DNA of 64,000 nt from Hypanus sabinus (taxonomy: Eukaryota): positions 43,462,001 through 43,526,000 of the forward strand of contig NC_082721.1 of NCBI RefSeq assembly GCF_030144855.1, read 5' to 3'. Under the pieces are notes generated by a model. The model did not search any database and was not told the origin of the DNA. It worked only from the letters and a program-made list of their open reading frames with translations. A program made the position numbers and the translations under genes. Numbering within the stretch: position 1 is the stretch's first letter; every line of letters starts with the position of its first letter. Below, piece by piece: positions 12,104 to 25,450 of this stretch.

Positions 12104-13398
12104 GGCAAGTGTTTTTCCTCTATCAAAAACCCAGTGCTGCAGTGCCTGTGCTCTGGGATGGTGGGGGGGGGGGGGTGTGGTGTGTGTGTGTGTGGCAGAG
12201 AGAGAGAGACACCAAGAAAACAGGGACAGCTGTAACGGGAAGATTAAAAGGGAGAAGAGGACAGCAAGGGGAGGGAGGTGAATTTTGTGTGAAATGAGGG
12301 CGAGGGTATAAAGAAGAAATTCCAGCTGTACCAGCATGGCTGTGTTCTCACGCTACCTCTTCTCTGTAAGCAATTTTGACCCCTCTCATCTGCTTTCCTT
12401 CCTGCTTTTCAGTCTCCTGGACTTTTCCCATCATCTCACCTTTGCTATCAGCTGTTCCCCTCTGTCTATCCATCTCTTACTCCTTCGGTCCACATCACTC
12501 TTTCTCTTACCCATACAATGTACCTCTCTCTGCCACCGTATCTTCTGCCTCTCAAACGAAGAACAGCAGGAGAGTAGACATTACTTGAAATCCCCCTCTT
12601 TAATCACCAAGCGTTGACCAGCCCTTCATCGAGGTAGCGGGAAGTAGCTGAGTGGAGGTGGGCTCGCAGCCTGGAGCGAGATGGTGGGGTGGGAGCTGAA
12701 GGATTAAAGTAGGGTCAGGATTCGGGAAATAAATGTAACGGCATTGCCAGAGGAGAAAGGTTGAGAGGTCAGTCTAAGATGCACTGATAGGGATAGCGTT
12801 CGGTTGCAAAGGCAGAGAGGGTGAGAGTGTGGCTGAGACGGTAGGGGAAGGGGAATCAGGAAATTGTGAAACAAATGCTTAACTATTCTGTCTCTGAGCT
12901 CTTGCACCCCAACGCTGTCACCCAAGAGATAGTTGAGCAACAGCTTTTAAACTTCTGTTTGGGCAATTTTCATCTCTGGTAATCCAATTATTTCAGACAA
13001 CCAGACTTTCCAATTTGTCAGTATCGGTGATTACTACCGGAACCTCACTATCCCAGAACATAGCTACAATTTCTCTCTTGCTCCACCAAAACTACTCCAG
13101 AACCTGAATAGTTGCAGCCATGCTAAATTCATTTCCTTCATTAAACTTCCCAAAACCAACTGTTGGCATCGCAGCCTTACAGGCAACCCACCATGCTATC
13201 CTCAGTGGGACTTGCCGTCCTGTTTTTACAGTATTCGGTGTTCAAGGTTGCTGAAGAGAAACTTCAGGAAACCAGGACACGAACCAGACCAGGGAGACGC
13301 ATCTCCTTTCTCTTCGCTCGCCCCACTCGGTGTCAGAATATGATGAACTCGAAAGATGACAAAACGCACATATGGAAATCATTCTTGCACTGATCATG

Positions 13399-13404
13399 TT
13401 TATT
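13399..13404 (-). promoter_or_regulatory. Candidate polyadenylation signal of the IgL gene
   Basis: AATAAA on the minus strand, ~355 nt after the C-exon stop codon. Confidence 0.55.
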
Positions 13405-13757
13405 TGTAATTAGTTACCGTTACCTTCCGTTAGTCTGAAACTGAGGACGAGTCACAAAATCACCCATTAATTACTCGAATTATTCCAATCCCCGGTGCCA
13501 GAGAAAACCATTCACCGCGTGAAATTTCCAGAAGACATGTAACTGTCCACTTTAACACCGCGTAGCCTCTCCGTAGGAAAAGTAACAAAATCAGCCCGAA
13601 ATCAGGGTACAAATATTCCAACATCAGAATGGAAACTAGAGAGAGCGGAACAGAAGGGAAGTACAGGGATGAGTGAGTCAGTGTGGTAAATGAAAAGGAT
13701 GCAGGGTAGTGATCTCCTGTTAATCAGGGAACAAACAAGGCCGAAGCCGCTCTCGGT

Positions 13758-14080
13758 TTAACAGCTGGATTGTGTGACTGTTGCGGATATTGTCGAGGCT
13801 GCTCCTTGTTGAACTGAGCAGGAGTACCTCTTCCCACTGCTCCAGTCTGCGCCGGGCACCGTCAGGTAGCTGCTGAGACTGAAGGTTTTGTCCGCGTTCT
13901 GAGTCACCCCGCTGGTTTGCACCTCACTGCTCGTCGGACTGTCGTTCACTGTCCAGCTGACGACAGGGAAGCCCATCGACAACTTACTGACCAGGCAAAC
14001 TAAGGTGCCCGCTCCTTTAGCGGAGATCTCCTCGGCTGACGGCCCAAGCAGTTTCACTGAAGGGTCCGGGAGCTGCTGAT
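13758..14080 (-). CDS. IgL constant exon (C1-set domain, terminal Cys for the H-L bond)
   Basis: Acceptor ttttcttgttcatgttgcag|AT at 14080. LVCLV, VSW, FSLSSYLTV and YSC motifs. Ends ..QSSC-TAA. Confidence 0.95.
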
Positions 14081-15639
14081 CTGCAACATGAACAAGAAAA
14101 GACGTGTTTCAAATGAACAGAAGACCTCGCGTTACTTCACACTTTAAGGGAAGCTCAAGTTAAACATTCCAGCTTCGTAGAGTTTAGCCAACTATCTCAC
14201 GGAGGGACGGGGATGGGTGTAGGGGACCGGGGGGAGGTAGCGATGGGGTGAGGTGTCGGGTCCGGAGAAGAACGCTTCATGTTTGTCAACTAGAAACCTA
14301 CTCCAATCGGTGAGACTGTGAGGCTCTGAGTCATTCACATAAATGAGAGACACACTGACATCGAAATGCCCCAGAGTAGCTTCATGTGCCCACTCTCTGT
14401 GCCATCAGCTCCTTCAGCAATCTCGTTAGAGGTCTCTGAGCCCAGTATGGTAGTGCGCGGTAGGGCCGTGTTTATTTTGTTGAGTCCATTCTCAGTTCTT
14501 GACACAAGATAGGAGAGGCCATTAATAGTTGCTGAGCGCTGAATTTCACGTTCCTCATCTACCCTCCGCCCTACCCACCATCAGAAATGGACCCGCTGCT
14601 CTCGGGAGAATAAACAGAAGCTACAATCTGCCTTGCCCCCACTGGTGAAGGCAGCAAATCAGTGGTGCTGATCTCCAAAGAGAGGGGCAGGGTTGGTCGC
14701 TCTGTGATTTGGGATGATGTGAGGGATTTTGCTCCCACTCACCGTGGTGTTGGACAGGTTAGATTCTCCGCAAAATGGGATTTCTGGTTATTGTCGGTGT
14801 AGTGGCCTGGATCATTGAAAAGGAGCAGCGCAGAGGGGCACACGTGGCAGGCGAGGAGGCAAAGACTGGGCAGTGGGAGAGCGTCTTTCAATGGATGGGT
14901 GCAGGAGGAGAGTTTGTACGAAAAGACAACCGAAAAGAGAAATGCTTCATTAAAAGTCGGAAACAATTCGCCAAACAGCACTCTATCGAGAAATACTGGA
15001 CACGGAATATGATTTGATTGTAAATAAACATTTCCCACTGTACAATTTGTAGGTAATAATAACGTTACAATTATTAAATGCCAGTGACCGTATTTATGCC
15101 GTGGTTATTCAGGATATAATTCCCATCACTTACCTGCAACAAAGAGTTTGGTCCCTGGGCCGAACACGAAATTACTGATCGATGAAACCCACTTTCCGCA
15201 GTAATAGAGAGCAGCGTCACTCATCTCCACATTCTTTATGATCAGATGGTAAATGGTGCCGGCGCTGTTGGCTGTCGATGTGAAACGGTCGCTGCCAAAC
15301 CCAGGGCCGTAGCTTGGGCTACTGGAGGAATAATGGTAATAGAGCACCATTTGTGGGGCTCTTCCCGGTGTCTGTTTGTACCAGTGCACATATTCGCTAT
15401 CCTTTGTTCCGATATTACATTCCAGCTTGGCCGTGGATCCTGGATTCACCGACACGGTCGGAGGTTGAGTCAGACTCTGGGATTCTCCAGCTGTGAAAGA
15501 ACAGGAATTCAACATCAACAACTGACTCGTTAACGTGACCCCAAAACCCACCCCAGCAAACATAGGCGGTGCAGACTTGCTGCTTGTACTTACAGCCCAG
15601 CCATATTGACAAACACCAGAAAAAACACAGTGTCCGCAT
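13758..15639 (-). CDS. Immunoglobulin light chain, sigma (type IV) isotype, complete L-VJ-C gene; join 15639-15594, 15490-15134, 14080-13758
   Basis: All four splice sites are canonical and phase 1/1. Spliced product: MRTLCFFWCLSIWLGSGES-QSLTQPP..LECNIGT..VHWYKQTPG..YYHYSSSSPSYGPGFGSDRFTST..YYCGKWVSSISNFVFGPGTKLFVA-DQQLPDPSVKLLGPS..LVCLVSKLSMGFPVVSW..YSCSVQQ..QSSC*. Short CDR1, long CDR2 with YGxGFxSxRF, and the C-domain motif resemble recalled teleost L2 and shark sigma chains. Confidence 0.9.
15134..15490 (-). CDS. IgL joined V-J exon (no intervening RSS)
   Basis: Acceptor tttcacag| at 15490. C23, W41 and YYC104 are followed in frame by the CDR3 GKWVSSISNFV and J motif FGPGTKL. Donor GCAG|gtaagt at 15134. 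Confidence 0.95.
15594..15639 (-). CDS. IgL leader exon
   Basis: ATG..MRTLCFFWCLSIWLG+1 nt (46 bp), donor gtaagt, 103-bp intron 15491-15593. Confidence 0.92.
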
Positions 15640-15733
15640 CTTGCTTCCCTTCTGCCGGTGGATCTGTGATGGACTGTGGCCGGCGCTTGCAATTTAACAC
15701 AGTTATAGAGCCGTTGGTTCCCGGAGGAAATCC

Positions 15734-15743
15734 ATGCAAATCA
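15734..15743 (-). promoter_or_regulatory. Ig light-chain promoter decamer/octamer (TGATTTGCAT)
   Basis: Perfect TNATTTGCAT in light-chain orientation, ~95 bp upstream of the ATG. TATA-like CTATAA at ~15703-15708 and TTAAAT at ~15692-15697. Confidence 0.85.
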
Positions 15744-16499
15744 GGGTGAATACCACTGACCAACCAGAGGAAGGATTTGAAGCCCTCCCGTTCACCGTCA
15801 CACACCACCGGGTTGAGGCGATGACACTATCAGAAACTAACATGTCTGTTCAAAACAACGTGCAGATGAGCAGGTCGTTCATTGTCTGATATTTCCCATA
15901 CTCTTCCTTCATTTCTCTGATTCCATCCCTTGGAACAGAGATGCCTCTCACACCTCCATTTACAACAGCGCAGAAGTTGCAGACTTCCTGTTCCCACATC
16001 AGTTATTCAAAACCAGCCTGGCACCCTCTCATGGTGCTGCTGTTGGAGCAGGTGTGGCCCATCCCTTGCTCCTCTAGCTTGGAGAACTCTGGGGCCATCT
16101 TCTGGGAAGATTCTGGGAATCGAAGATGGAGCCAGGAAGACTGTTCACAATGCACAGTCCATGGAGAATCAAGGCAATATCTGTTGTGTAGTTAATATTC
16201 AGTATTCTTTGTATAATCTTTTATTTATTTCAGTACATACATAGTTTAACTGAGCATTCTCATTTGTTTAAATAAATAATTATGAGAAATACGTGAACTG
16301 CATTGGTCAAAAAACTACACATAATAGATGCACTCCTGGCTTAAAGTAAAACATGTAATTAGACTGATGTTTTGGACTTCTGTGACTTCCTTTGAATTAG
16401 TTTAAAAGTACAAAATGCCGTCCTCACTCTGGATAGCATCTTAATATGTGGTTGCCTCAGAATGTGCGTGGCACCAATGTAAGTGGCTACCAACAAGAA

Positions 16500-18445
16500 A
16501 TTTCAAACATACAAATTCCATTACAGATGAAAAAAATCATAAACAATAGTTACAATATAAATGAGTTTACTAAGACATAAACCATACAATATATGTATGA
16601 ACATGGTAAGTCTAAATATTTCATAATATATGATATAAAAAAACAGAAAAAAGAAAGAAAAAAATAAAAAAAATGCAAAATTAGTTAATCTACTAATCTA
16701 ATAACTAATAACTAATAAAGAAGAAAATAGAAGCAAAAAAAGAAAAAAAGGCAAAAAAAAGGGGGGCTGTTTATAATATCTCACAAGAATAAATATTCAT
16801 CAATGCTGCCACTTCCGGTCCTCTCAACATACATAAGCTAAAAGCTGGGATATCAAATGAACTTGGAACAGGGTCATATTACATCATATGAAAATGTTGA
16901 ATAAATGGTCTTCATAACTTTTCAAATTTAATAGAAGTCTCAAAAACACCACTTCTAATTTTTTCTAAATATAAACATAACCTAGTTTGAGAGAACCAAT
17001 TAAATACAGTGGGAGGATTAATTTCCTTCCAATTCAACAATATAGATCTTCTAGCCATCAGAGTTAGAAATGCAATCATTCGACAGGCAGAAGAAGATAA
17101 ATGCAGTGAGTCTAACATTGGTAAACCAAAAATTGCGGTAATAGGATGAGGTTGCAAATCAATATTCAAAACCGCAGAAATAATATCAAAAATATGTTTC
17201 CAATATTTTTCCAAAAATGAACAAGACTAAAACATATGAGTTAAAGAAGCAATTTCAGATTGACATCTATCACAGATAGGACTAAAATAGAGTAAAAATA
17301 CAGATAGAGTAAAAATGAGCTAATTTATCTTTGGACATATGGGCCCTATGTACGACCTTAAATTGTATTAATGAATGTTTGGCACATATCGATGATGTAT
17401 TAACTAATTGAAGAATTCTATCCCAATTCTCACCAGAAATAATAAGGTTAAGCTCTCTTTCCCAATCCTTTTTGGTCTTATAAAGGGGCTCTGAATGTAT
17501 CTTCATAATTATATTATAAAGTTTTGAAATAAGCCCTTTTTGAAAAGAGTCTAATTCAAATAAACACTCCAAAATATCTGAAGGCACAAAATTTGGAAAC
17601 GTAGGGAGTACAGAACTTAAAAAATGTCTAATCTGTAAATATCTAAAAAAATGAAATCTAGGCAAGTTATATTTGTTGGATAATTGCTCAAAAGACATAA
17701 AACAATTGTCCAAAAATAAATCAGAAAATCTTAGTAATCCCTTAGTTTTCCAAGCCGAATAAGCTTGATCTATAATGGAAGGGTGGAAAAAACAATTAGA
17801 TACAATAGGACTATTTAAAACGAATTGAGTCAACCCAAAAAATCTCCGAAATTGAAACCATATATGTAAAATATGTTTAACTATCGGGTTGTCAATTCGT
17901 TTCGGCAATTTAGAAAGAGCAAAAGGGAGAGAAGTCCCTAAAATAAAACCCAGAGCATAAGCTGATACTGATTTAGTTTCTAAACTCACCCAACGAGGGC
18001 CGAAAGATCCACCCCAATCTTTCAACCAGCTTAACAAGTATCTAATATTAACTGCCCAATAATAAAATCTGAAATTAGGTAATGCTAACCCGCCTTCCTT
18101 TTTTGTCTTCTGTAAATATATTTTACCTAACCTGGGATTTTTATTCTGCCATATATATGAGGAAATTTTTGAATCAACATCAGTAAAAAAAGATTTCAGA
18201 ATAAAAATTGGTATCGCTTGAAAAGTATATAAAAATTTAGGTAAAATAACCATCTTAATAGCATGAATCCTACCTATTAGGGATAAAGATAATGGTGACC
18301 ACTTAGTAAACAAACCTTTAATCTGATCAATTAAGGGTAAAAAATTAAATCTAAATAAATCTTTATGGTTTTTTGTGATTTTGATCCCTAAATAAATAAA
18401 AGAATCATTAACTAATTTAAAAGGTAAATTTCCATAAATTGGGAC
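16500..18445 (-). mobile_element. 5'-truncated L1 (3' part of ORF2 plus 3' UTR)
   Basis: ORFs 17282-18577 and 16912-17214 align by eye with the C-terminal half of the L1 ORF2 at 8540-10079 (IYLGIKITK, GGLALPNFRFYYWA, ICAKHSLIQFK). The first ~45 aa of the track ORF lie outside the element. Confidence 0.88.
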
Positions 18446-19959
18446 TATGAGGTTCTTTCTGTTCCCGGTGTTGTGAAGAATGTGTCTTGCCCTGTTACCG
18501 CATAATGCCGTACTACCTTTACTTTGTGGAAAAAGTTCTTCTAGATCAACACTTTTGACTATAGGCCCACCAGTCATTGGTCGAAACAGACCGTCCTACA
18601 GACACCACAGTAAAAGGACTTGGTGTGTACAGTGGGTTGTTCGCTGAGCAGACTTCTCAGACCCTTTCGCAGAACTTCTCATCGCCAGACCTCCTCACAA
18701 GGCACCAAGACCGCATGGAAAGCTGAGTGAGGAGCTCTCACAGTCAGATCCTTCATATATGCCTGGAACATCACTGCAGCTGTGCGTTCTATGTGAGAGG
18801 ACTCTTGTTGGGATCACACCGTCACTCCCTTCTTTGTGGACTGTGGGGTTACGAAGAAGTTATGAAGAAAAGTGCTAGGGTCTGCTTCACAGTTCATTCC
18901 AAGCAGCAGCCTGCTGGGAAACTGTCTGATCTACAGACCGTTCCCACGGTCCCATCATGAGACAGATTATCAAGTGCTGCTGAAAGATTATGAACTTGGT
19001 GAAATACACCCTTTAGTCTGCACAAAAGCAGTTGGGCTGGTCATCAAGATGTTGATGGAGGAATGCAGCCAATAGGTACATTTCAGGCAGCAGGAGTATG
19101 TACTGAGGATGCATTGAAGCTTGGTGCAGCCACCACAAAGGGTTGGTGGGGAAGGGCCACATTGCAGGGATAGGGGGGTGGCTGGTTTGACGAGGAGGCT
19201 CCTCAATTATTGCAGCAAGGATACGATCCAGTGGGGCTATATTATTTGAAACGCTTTTAATGCATTTTCTTAGAATAACAAGGCATTGCACGGTTTACTC
19301 TTGTAAACATTTTAAATTATGAATATATTTTATTTTGGTAAAAATGCCTTGCCTATATCATCCGAACTGGCTCTGTCCATCTCCAGTGCCAGACTGTGTC
19401 CTTTGCTGTGGCCTGCCAACCCAACTCATTTTTTACAGCCAGTTATAGAAGGCCTTCACCAAAATCCTTCTCTGGATACCATTGGATGGGCAAAAATTAT
19501 ACACATAATCAAGAATGTGGAATCCCTGAGGTTGACCAGAGTACCAGGATCTGAAGGAATGCTCAGGTAGGAAATGCAGAACAGGAGGTAATGTCCCAGT
19601 GAATTTATACATGCATTTATCTTCTTTGAATACCCAGGAAAATAAATAAGTCTGTTGAATAAGTCAGGCAATATGTCATCAAATAGTCTGAAGGGGAATC
19701 TCAGTTCTATTGGAATGGAAACCCAGATGATGGCGATCATCCTGCAACTAAAGTGATTGCATGCAGTGGTGAGACTGGGATATCACCAGACAGACAGAAG
19801 AGCAGGTAAACGGGTCAGGAGACCCCTGAAGGTAACTTGCACTCTAACTATATGATATTCAGAGTACCGATTGGGGATATTATTTCTCTAGGTACAGAGG
19901 CATGGCCAGACATATGCATTCATTGTGCAGGCAGAGAATCAGGAAGAGGATCACTGGTG

Positions 19960-22207
19960 CATCTCAAACCCTGCTCAAACCCTCTGGTGAAGAGTAAACC
20001 TGCAACCTCAAGGTCAGTGAAGAAATGGTTGGGGGAGGCTTATGAAGCACTCCAGGATTGTTTTGAGGCAACAGACTGGCAGGCACTTTGAGAGCCACAT
20101 GGAGAGAACATTGACGGGCTCACACAGTGCATCACTCGTTACATCAACTTCTGTGTGGACTGCAATGTCCGCAAGAACTGTTCTTTGTTATTCAAACAAC
20201 AAGCCATGGATATCAAAGGACATTAAGGACGTCCTGAATGCTAAAAAGAGGGCATTTAGAGGTGGAAATAGGGAGGAGCTGAGGACAATACAGAGGGACC
20301 TGAAAGCCAAGATCAGGAAGGCTAAAGACAGGTATAGGAGGAAGCTTGAGTGGAAACTCCAGCAGAACAACATGAGTGAGGTCTGGAGTGGGATCAGGAC
20401 CATCAGTGGGTTCCGGCAAACTAGCAACAGAGGGGCTGAAGGCAGTGTGGACAGGGCCAATAAACTTACCCTGTTCTTCAACAGATTTGTCACTGAGGCC
20501 CCTGCCCATCCCCCACATGAATCATCTGTTGTTGACCCCCAACCAACACATACTCCACTCTCCCCTCCTAAGCCTCCACACAACCCCCCACCCTGCTCTC
20601 GTGACTACACCCCTCCCACACCTGAAACCACCATGGTGGGCTTCACAGCTGAACAGGTGAGAAGACAGCTGAACTGTCTCCACCCAAGCAAGTCTGCAGG
20701 CCCAGATGGTGTCAGCCCCAGTGTGCTCAAAGACTGCGCCCCCTAGCTATGTGGAGTGCTTCACCATGCCTTCAACCTGAGCTTCAGACTCCAGAGGGTT
20801 TCTGTGCTGTGGAAGTCATCCTGCCTCGTCCCTGTACCGAAGACGTCGCGCCTCAGTGGCTCCAATGACTACAGACCGGTGGCATTGACCTCCCACTTCA
20901 TGGAGACCCTGGAGAGACTTGTTCTAGAGCAGCTCCGGCCTATGGTTAGGCCACACTTAGACCCCCTCCAGTTCACCTACCAGCCCTGACTAGGAGTTGA
21001 GGATGCCATTGTCTGCCTGCTGAACTGTGTCTGCATCCACCTGGACAAGCTGGCGAGCACTGTGAGGGTCATGATTTTTGACTTCTCCAGTGTGTTCAAC
21101 ACCATCCGCCCTGCTCTGCTGGGTGAGAAGCTGACAGTGATGCAGGTGGATGCTTCCCTGGTGTCATGGATTATTGATTACATGACTCCAGACCGCAGTA
21201 TGTGCGCTTGCAACACCGTCTGTCAGACAGAGGGGTCAGCAGCACTGGGGCTCCACAGGGACTGTCCTTTCTCCCTTTCCCTTCACCATCTACACCTCAG
21301 ACTTCAACTACTGCACAGAGTCTTGCCATCTTCAGAAGTTTTCTGATGACTTTGTCATTGTTGGATGCATCAGCAAGGGAGATGAGGCTGAGTACAGGGT
21401 TACGGTGGGAAACTTTTGTCACATGGTGTGAGCAGAATCATCTGCAGCTTAATATGAATAAGACTAAGGAGCTGGTGGTGGACCTGAGGAGGGCTAAGGC
21501 ACCAGAGAACCCTGTTTCCATCCAAGGGGTCGTTGTGGACATGGTGGAGGATTACAAATACCTGGGGATACGAATTGACAAAAATCTGGACTGGTCAAGG
21601 AATACTGAGGCTGTCTACAAGAAGAGTCAGACCCGTCTCTATTTCCTGAGCAGACTGAGGTCCTTTAACATCTGCCAGACAATGCTGAGGATGCTCTACG
21701 AGTCTGTGGTGGCCAGTGCTATCATGTTTGCTGTTGTGTGCTGGGGCAGCAGGCTGAGGGAAGCAGACACCAACAGAATCAACAAACTCATTCGTAAGGC
21801 CAGTGATGTTGTTGGAGTGGAACTGGACTCTCTGATGGTGGTGTCTGAAAAAAGGCTGCTGTCCAAGTTGCATGCTATCTTGGACAATGATTCCCATCCG
21901 CTCCATAATGTACTGGTTAAGCACAGGAGTACAGTCCGCCACAGATTCATTCCACTGAGTTGTAACACGGAGCGTCATAGGAAGTCATTCCTGCTTGTGG
22001 CTGTCAAACTTTACAACTCCTCCCTCGGAGTATCAGACACCCTGAGCCAATAGGCTGGTCCTAGACTTATTTCCACTAGGCATGGTTAACTTATTATTAT
22101 TTAATTATTTATGATTTATACTGCTATATTTCTATACTATTCTTGGTTGGTGCAGCTGTAACAAAACCCAATTTCCCCCGGGATCAATAAAGTATGTCTG
22201 TCTGTCT
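19960..22207 (+). mobile_element. Rex1/Babar-clade LINE, 5'-truncated, frameshifted
   Basis: CFEATDWQAL, NNKPWI, KSAGPDGV, NDYRPVALTSHFMETLERL, FDFSSVFNTI, YKYLG and RLYFL motifs. Ends aataaagtatgtctgtctgtct. Confidence 0.85.
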
Positions 22208-23099
22208 TCGTTTGTAGAGCAGAATATCAAACTGTACGTGAAAGTAATAGGACTCTTCCCACAAGCCAATCATGGTGTCAAAATAAACTAAACCAATCTG
22301 CTTCCACCAGGTCTATATCCCTGCTATATTCCTTTGGATGCTGCAGTTTCCTTCCACATGTCAAAGACGTGCAGTTTGATAGATAACTATCTGTTGTAAG
22401 TTTCTCCATGTATGTGTTGTTGACTGGTACAATCTAAGGGAAGTTGAATGGAATGTTATGGTAAGGGAATGGAATGGGATTAGTGAATGGTTAGCTTAAG
22501 TATACGCTCGATGGCCAGCACTGACACGTTGGGCTGAAGGGCCTGGTTCCATGCCATATGAATGCCACATATTACATGGTGAATGTAAAGCAGAATATTG
22601 CAAACAGCCAGAATCTAATCAGGTAGTAGGAACATTCGGTAGCAGAAGAAGAATGGTGATTAATTCCCCTGCTTCACTTTGTGGGTGTAGTAAAGTGCAG
22701 ATAAATGATTGTCTGAATAGATAATGCAGAAGGGTGTCTGGAGACCCATGGGTGATTAGGATCTGTTCATGTGTGTGTATGGAAGGAGGAGGTGTATTGG
22801 TGCAGACAGTTCAGGCCGGACAGAGAGCCCAGAGCTGTGACCAGCATTGTGTAAAGCAGATGGAAGATAAAAAGGTTTAAAAAGGAATAAGGTGAGATAA
22901 ATATCTCCAGAACTAAAATAAACATTTTTATAGAAAGGACAAAATAATAATAAAATATAAGAAGCTTCACACAAGATTTATGGGATGGGCAAATTTAAGA
23001 TGTTAATGAAACAAAACTGATGAACTGTGTGCTGATGATATTGTGATAACTTACATCTATTCAGCTTTTGTGGGATCTGAAGCAGCGAATTAGGTTAAG

Positions 23100-24420
23100 G
23101 TGAGAACCAAATACTCTTTTGGGGTTGAGGCAGGAGGAGGTCAACAGGCGAGGAGAGTGCAGTCTGTGAGAATTTCTGCTTTCTCCACTGCTGATATAGG
23201 ACTGCAATGTACTCTGGACCCATGGGGTTGAGGTTCATCCTTTTCAAAACCAAATGTTCCTTTTCAACTATATTGGTCATAGGCCAGAGAGTCTCCAGAA
23301 TTCAGTGAGGATGTTGCATTTCTTCAAAGAGGCTTTGAACACATGTTTGAATCTTATTTTCTATTCATGAGGCAAACGCTTCCCATGGCAGAGCTTGGAA
23401 TACTGGAGATATTTCAATAGTATGGCCTCAGGTATATGAACAACCTTCCCTGTCCAATATACAGAGCTCCATGTAACCATGGACTTAGAACTGCAAGTTT
23501 TGGCCTGGGAAGACTGACATTAGTTCAACTGTCCCTGCAGAGAATTTTGAGGAGATTCTGTTGGTGGTGCTTTATTGTGCATTAAGATGCCTTCTGTAAT
23601 TCAGATAGAGCTCAGATGTATCTGAAAAGATTGTGAACTGGCTTCCCTGGAGAATTGTGAGTTATGTGACAGTTGAGTAGAAGGTTAATTCTGTTGTATA
23701 AAAGGGTATGCAATTCTATGTGTATGTATAAATGCTGGAATTACATGCAGAAAGCAGACTGGCTACTGAGTTTGGGAAACTTTGGACCAAATGTGCAGGC
23801 ATGTTGGTTGAAGAGTCTCCTGTTAGTTTTGGGGATTAACTACACTCATTCAGAAATGTTGATGGAGGTGTGGTGCAACATAGGACCAAGACAGTCTGAG
23901 AAAAGTGAACAGGAAAGTCTGCAAGTTTGATACTGGTCTTCACAAAGAATGACTCTGTTGTTAAATATTTTTAGAGCAAATGTAAGATAGAATTGAATTT
24001 GACCGTGAACCAAATTTGGGAAGTATGTTCTATAGACCCTTCTGATTGATGGAGTCAGAGCAGTATTTGGACAGTGAAGGTCATGTCCCCTCTTCTGTGG
24101 ATGAATTAATTTCACACTGTGATTCAGGAAGTAGTTCTATGGTTTCTGATGAATGTGATTGAGGAGGAGTCTGGCATTTACTCCCCCTGTGATGGTGAGT
24201 CAGGTGACTGCTCTGTAGTTACCACAGTTGGATTTGTTTCTATGACAATCTATGCCTGTGAACATCTTGAAATATTGGTTAATAAATTGTAATGGTGGTG
24301 AAGATTTGCTGGGCCATGGATGACTGAAACTATTTGTTTGTCAAAACACACAGGGGGACACTGATCAGTTGGATAAGTGGGTGAAGCAATGACAAACTTT
24401 GTTCAATCCAGATAGCTATA
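23100..24420 (-). mobile_element. Degenerate RTE-clade LINE fragment
   Basis: Minus-strand remnants resembling the RTE C-terminus (..KRFKHVFKASLKKCNI..). Many stops. Confidence 0.6.
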
Positions 24421-24829
24421 ATGTTTTTGTTTTTTGTGTTCTTCATTTTGTGCCATGTAAGATGTGGCAATCATGGTCTTTCCATGACCATGATTGTTCT
24501 TGGCAAATATTTCTTCAGATGTGGTCTGTCATTGCCTTCTTCTAGACAGTGTTCTTCCAAGCTGAGTGACCCCAGCTGTGAGCAAAGCCTTTCAGAGATT
24601 ATCTGCCTGGAATCAGTGGTAGCATATCCTGGAGTTGTGATATGTACCAGCTGCTCATAATAGCATCCATCAGCTGCTCCCAAGGCTTCTCATGACCATG
24701 ATTGGGGGGTGGGGGTGTTAGGTAGCAGTTATATCTTGCCCAAAGATGACTTGCAAGCTAACAGAGGGAACAAGTGGCACATGTCTCATTCGTTAGAGAG
24801 GTATTTCCACCTTGCCACAAAGGTATTAT

Positions 24830-25450
24830 GCTTTGAGAAATAATACTAGGGTAGAACATTCACAGAAAATGGACGGCCTCTGTTGAGTGTTATGGAATAG
24901 AAAGACCTAGGGGCAAAATTACATTGTGTTCTGAATGTCGTCACAGCAATAAATGATTGAAAAGAAGTCATTTGGCACACTGGTCAAATTAGTTAGGCTA
25001 CCAAATATAGGATTCAGGACACTATATTACCATTAAAATGTCTTGGGTGAGGCTGTACCGGGAATATTGTGTACAGTGTTCATCACCCTCTTATTGGAAC
25101 AACATCATTAAACTACAAAGAAAGCAGAGAATCTCTGAGAATATTGGTAAAATCTGAGGGCTATAGGAGGAGGTTGGGTGGGTGGGGATATTTTCCTTAA
25201 AGTGTAGGAGAATGATGTGTGGACTTACAAAGTTATAAAAAATGAAGTTTGAATATAGATAGGGGAAATCCAGAGGTCCTTTTCCAACTGATGGGGAAGT
25301 AAACACTAGAGGGCCTAGGTTGAAAGTGAAAGTGAAAAAAATTAAAAGGGACCTGAGTGTGTATATGTAGAGTGCAGAGTGTATATGGAAAGAGCTTTCA
25401 GAGGCAGGTATAATAACAACAAGATCTGGTGATGTGTATCTGCATCTAAA
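24830..25450 (+). mobile_element. Degenerate CR1 3' fragment
   Basis: ggtgaggctgtaccgggaatattgtgtacagt and gggctataggaggaggttggg, typical CR1 3' end motifs. Confidence 0.6.

Noticed and set aside
15176-15184. Short palindrome (ATCGAT) at the V-J junction suggesting P-nucleotides
   Set aside because: A 6-bp palindrome is unremarkable, and the coding ends cannot be assigned without an unjoined paralog.
15626-15632. Perfect RSS heptamer CACAGTG near the V gene
   Set aside because: It lies inside the leader coding exon, and no nonamer is present at 12- or 23-bp spacing.
15126-15692. 188-aa track ORF as the real protein start
   Set aside because: It reads through the leader intron; the true start is the spliced leader at 15639.
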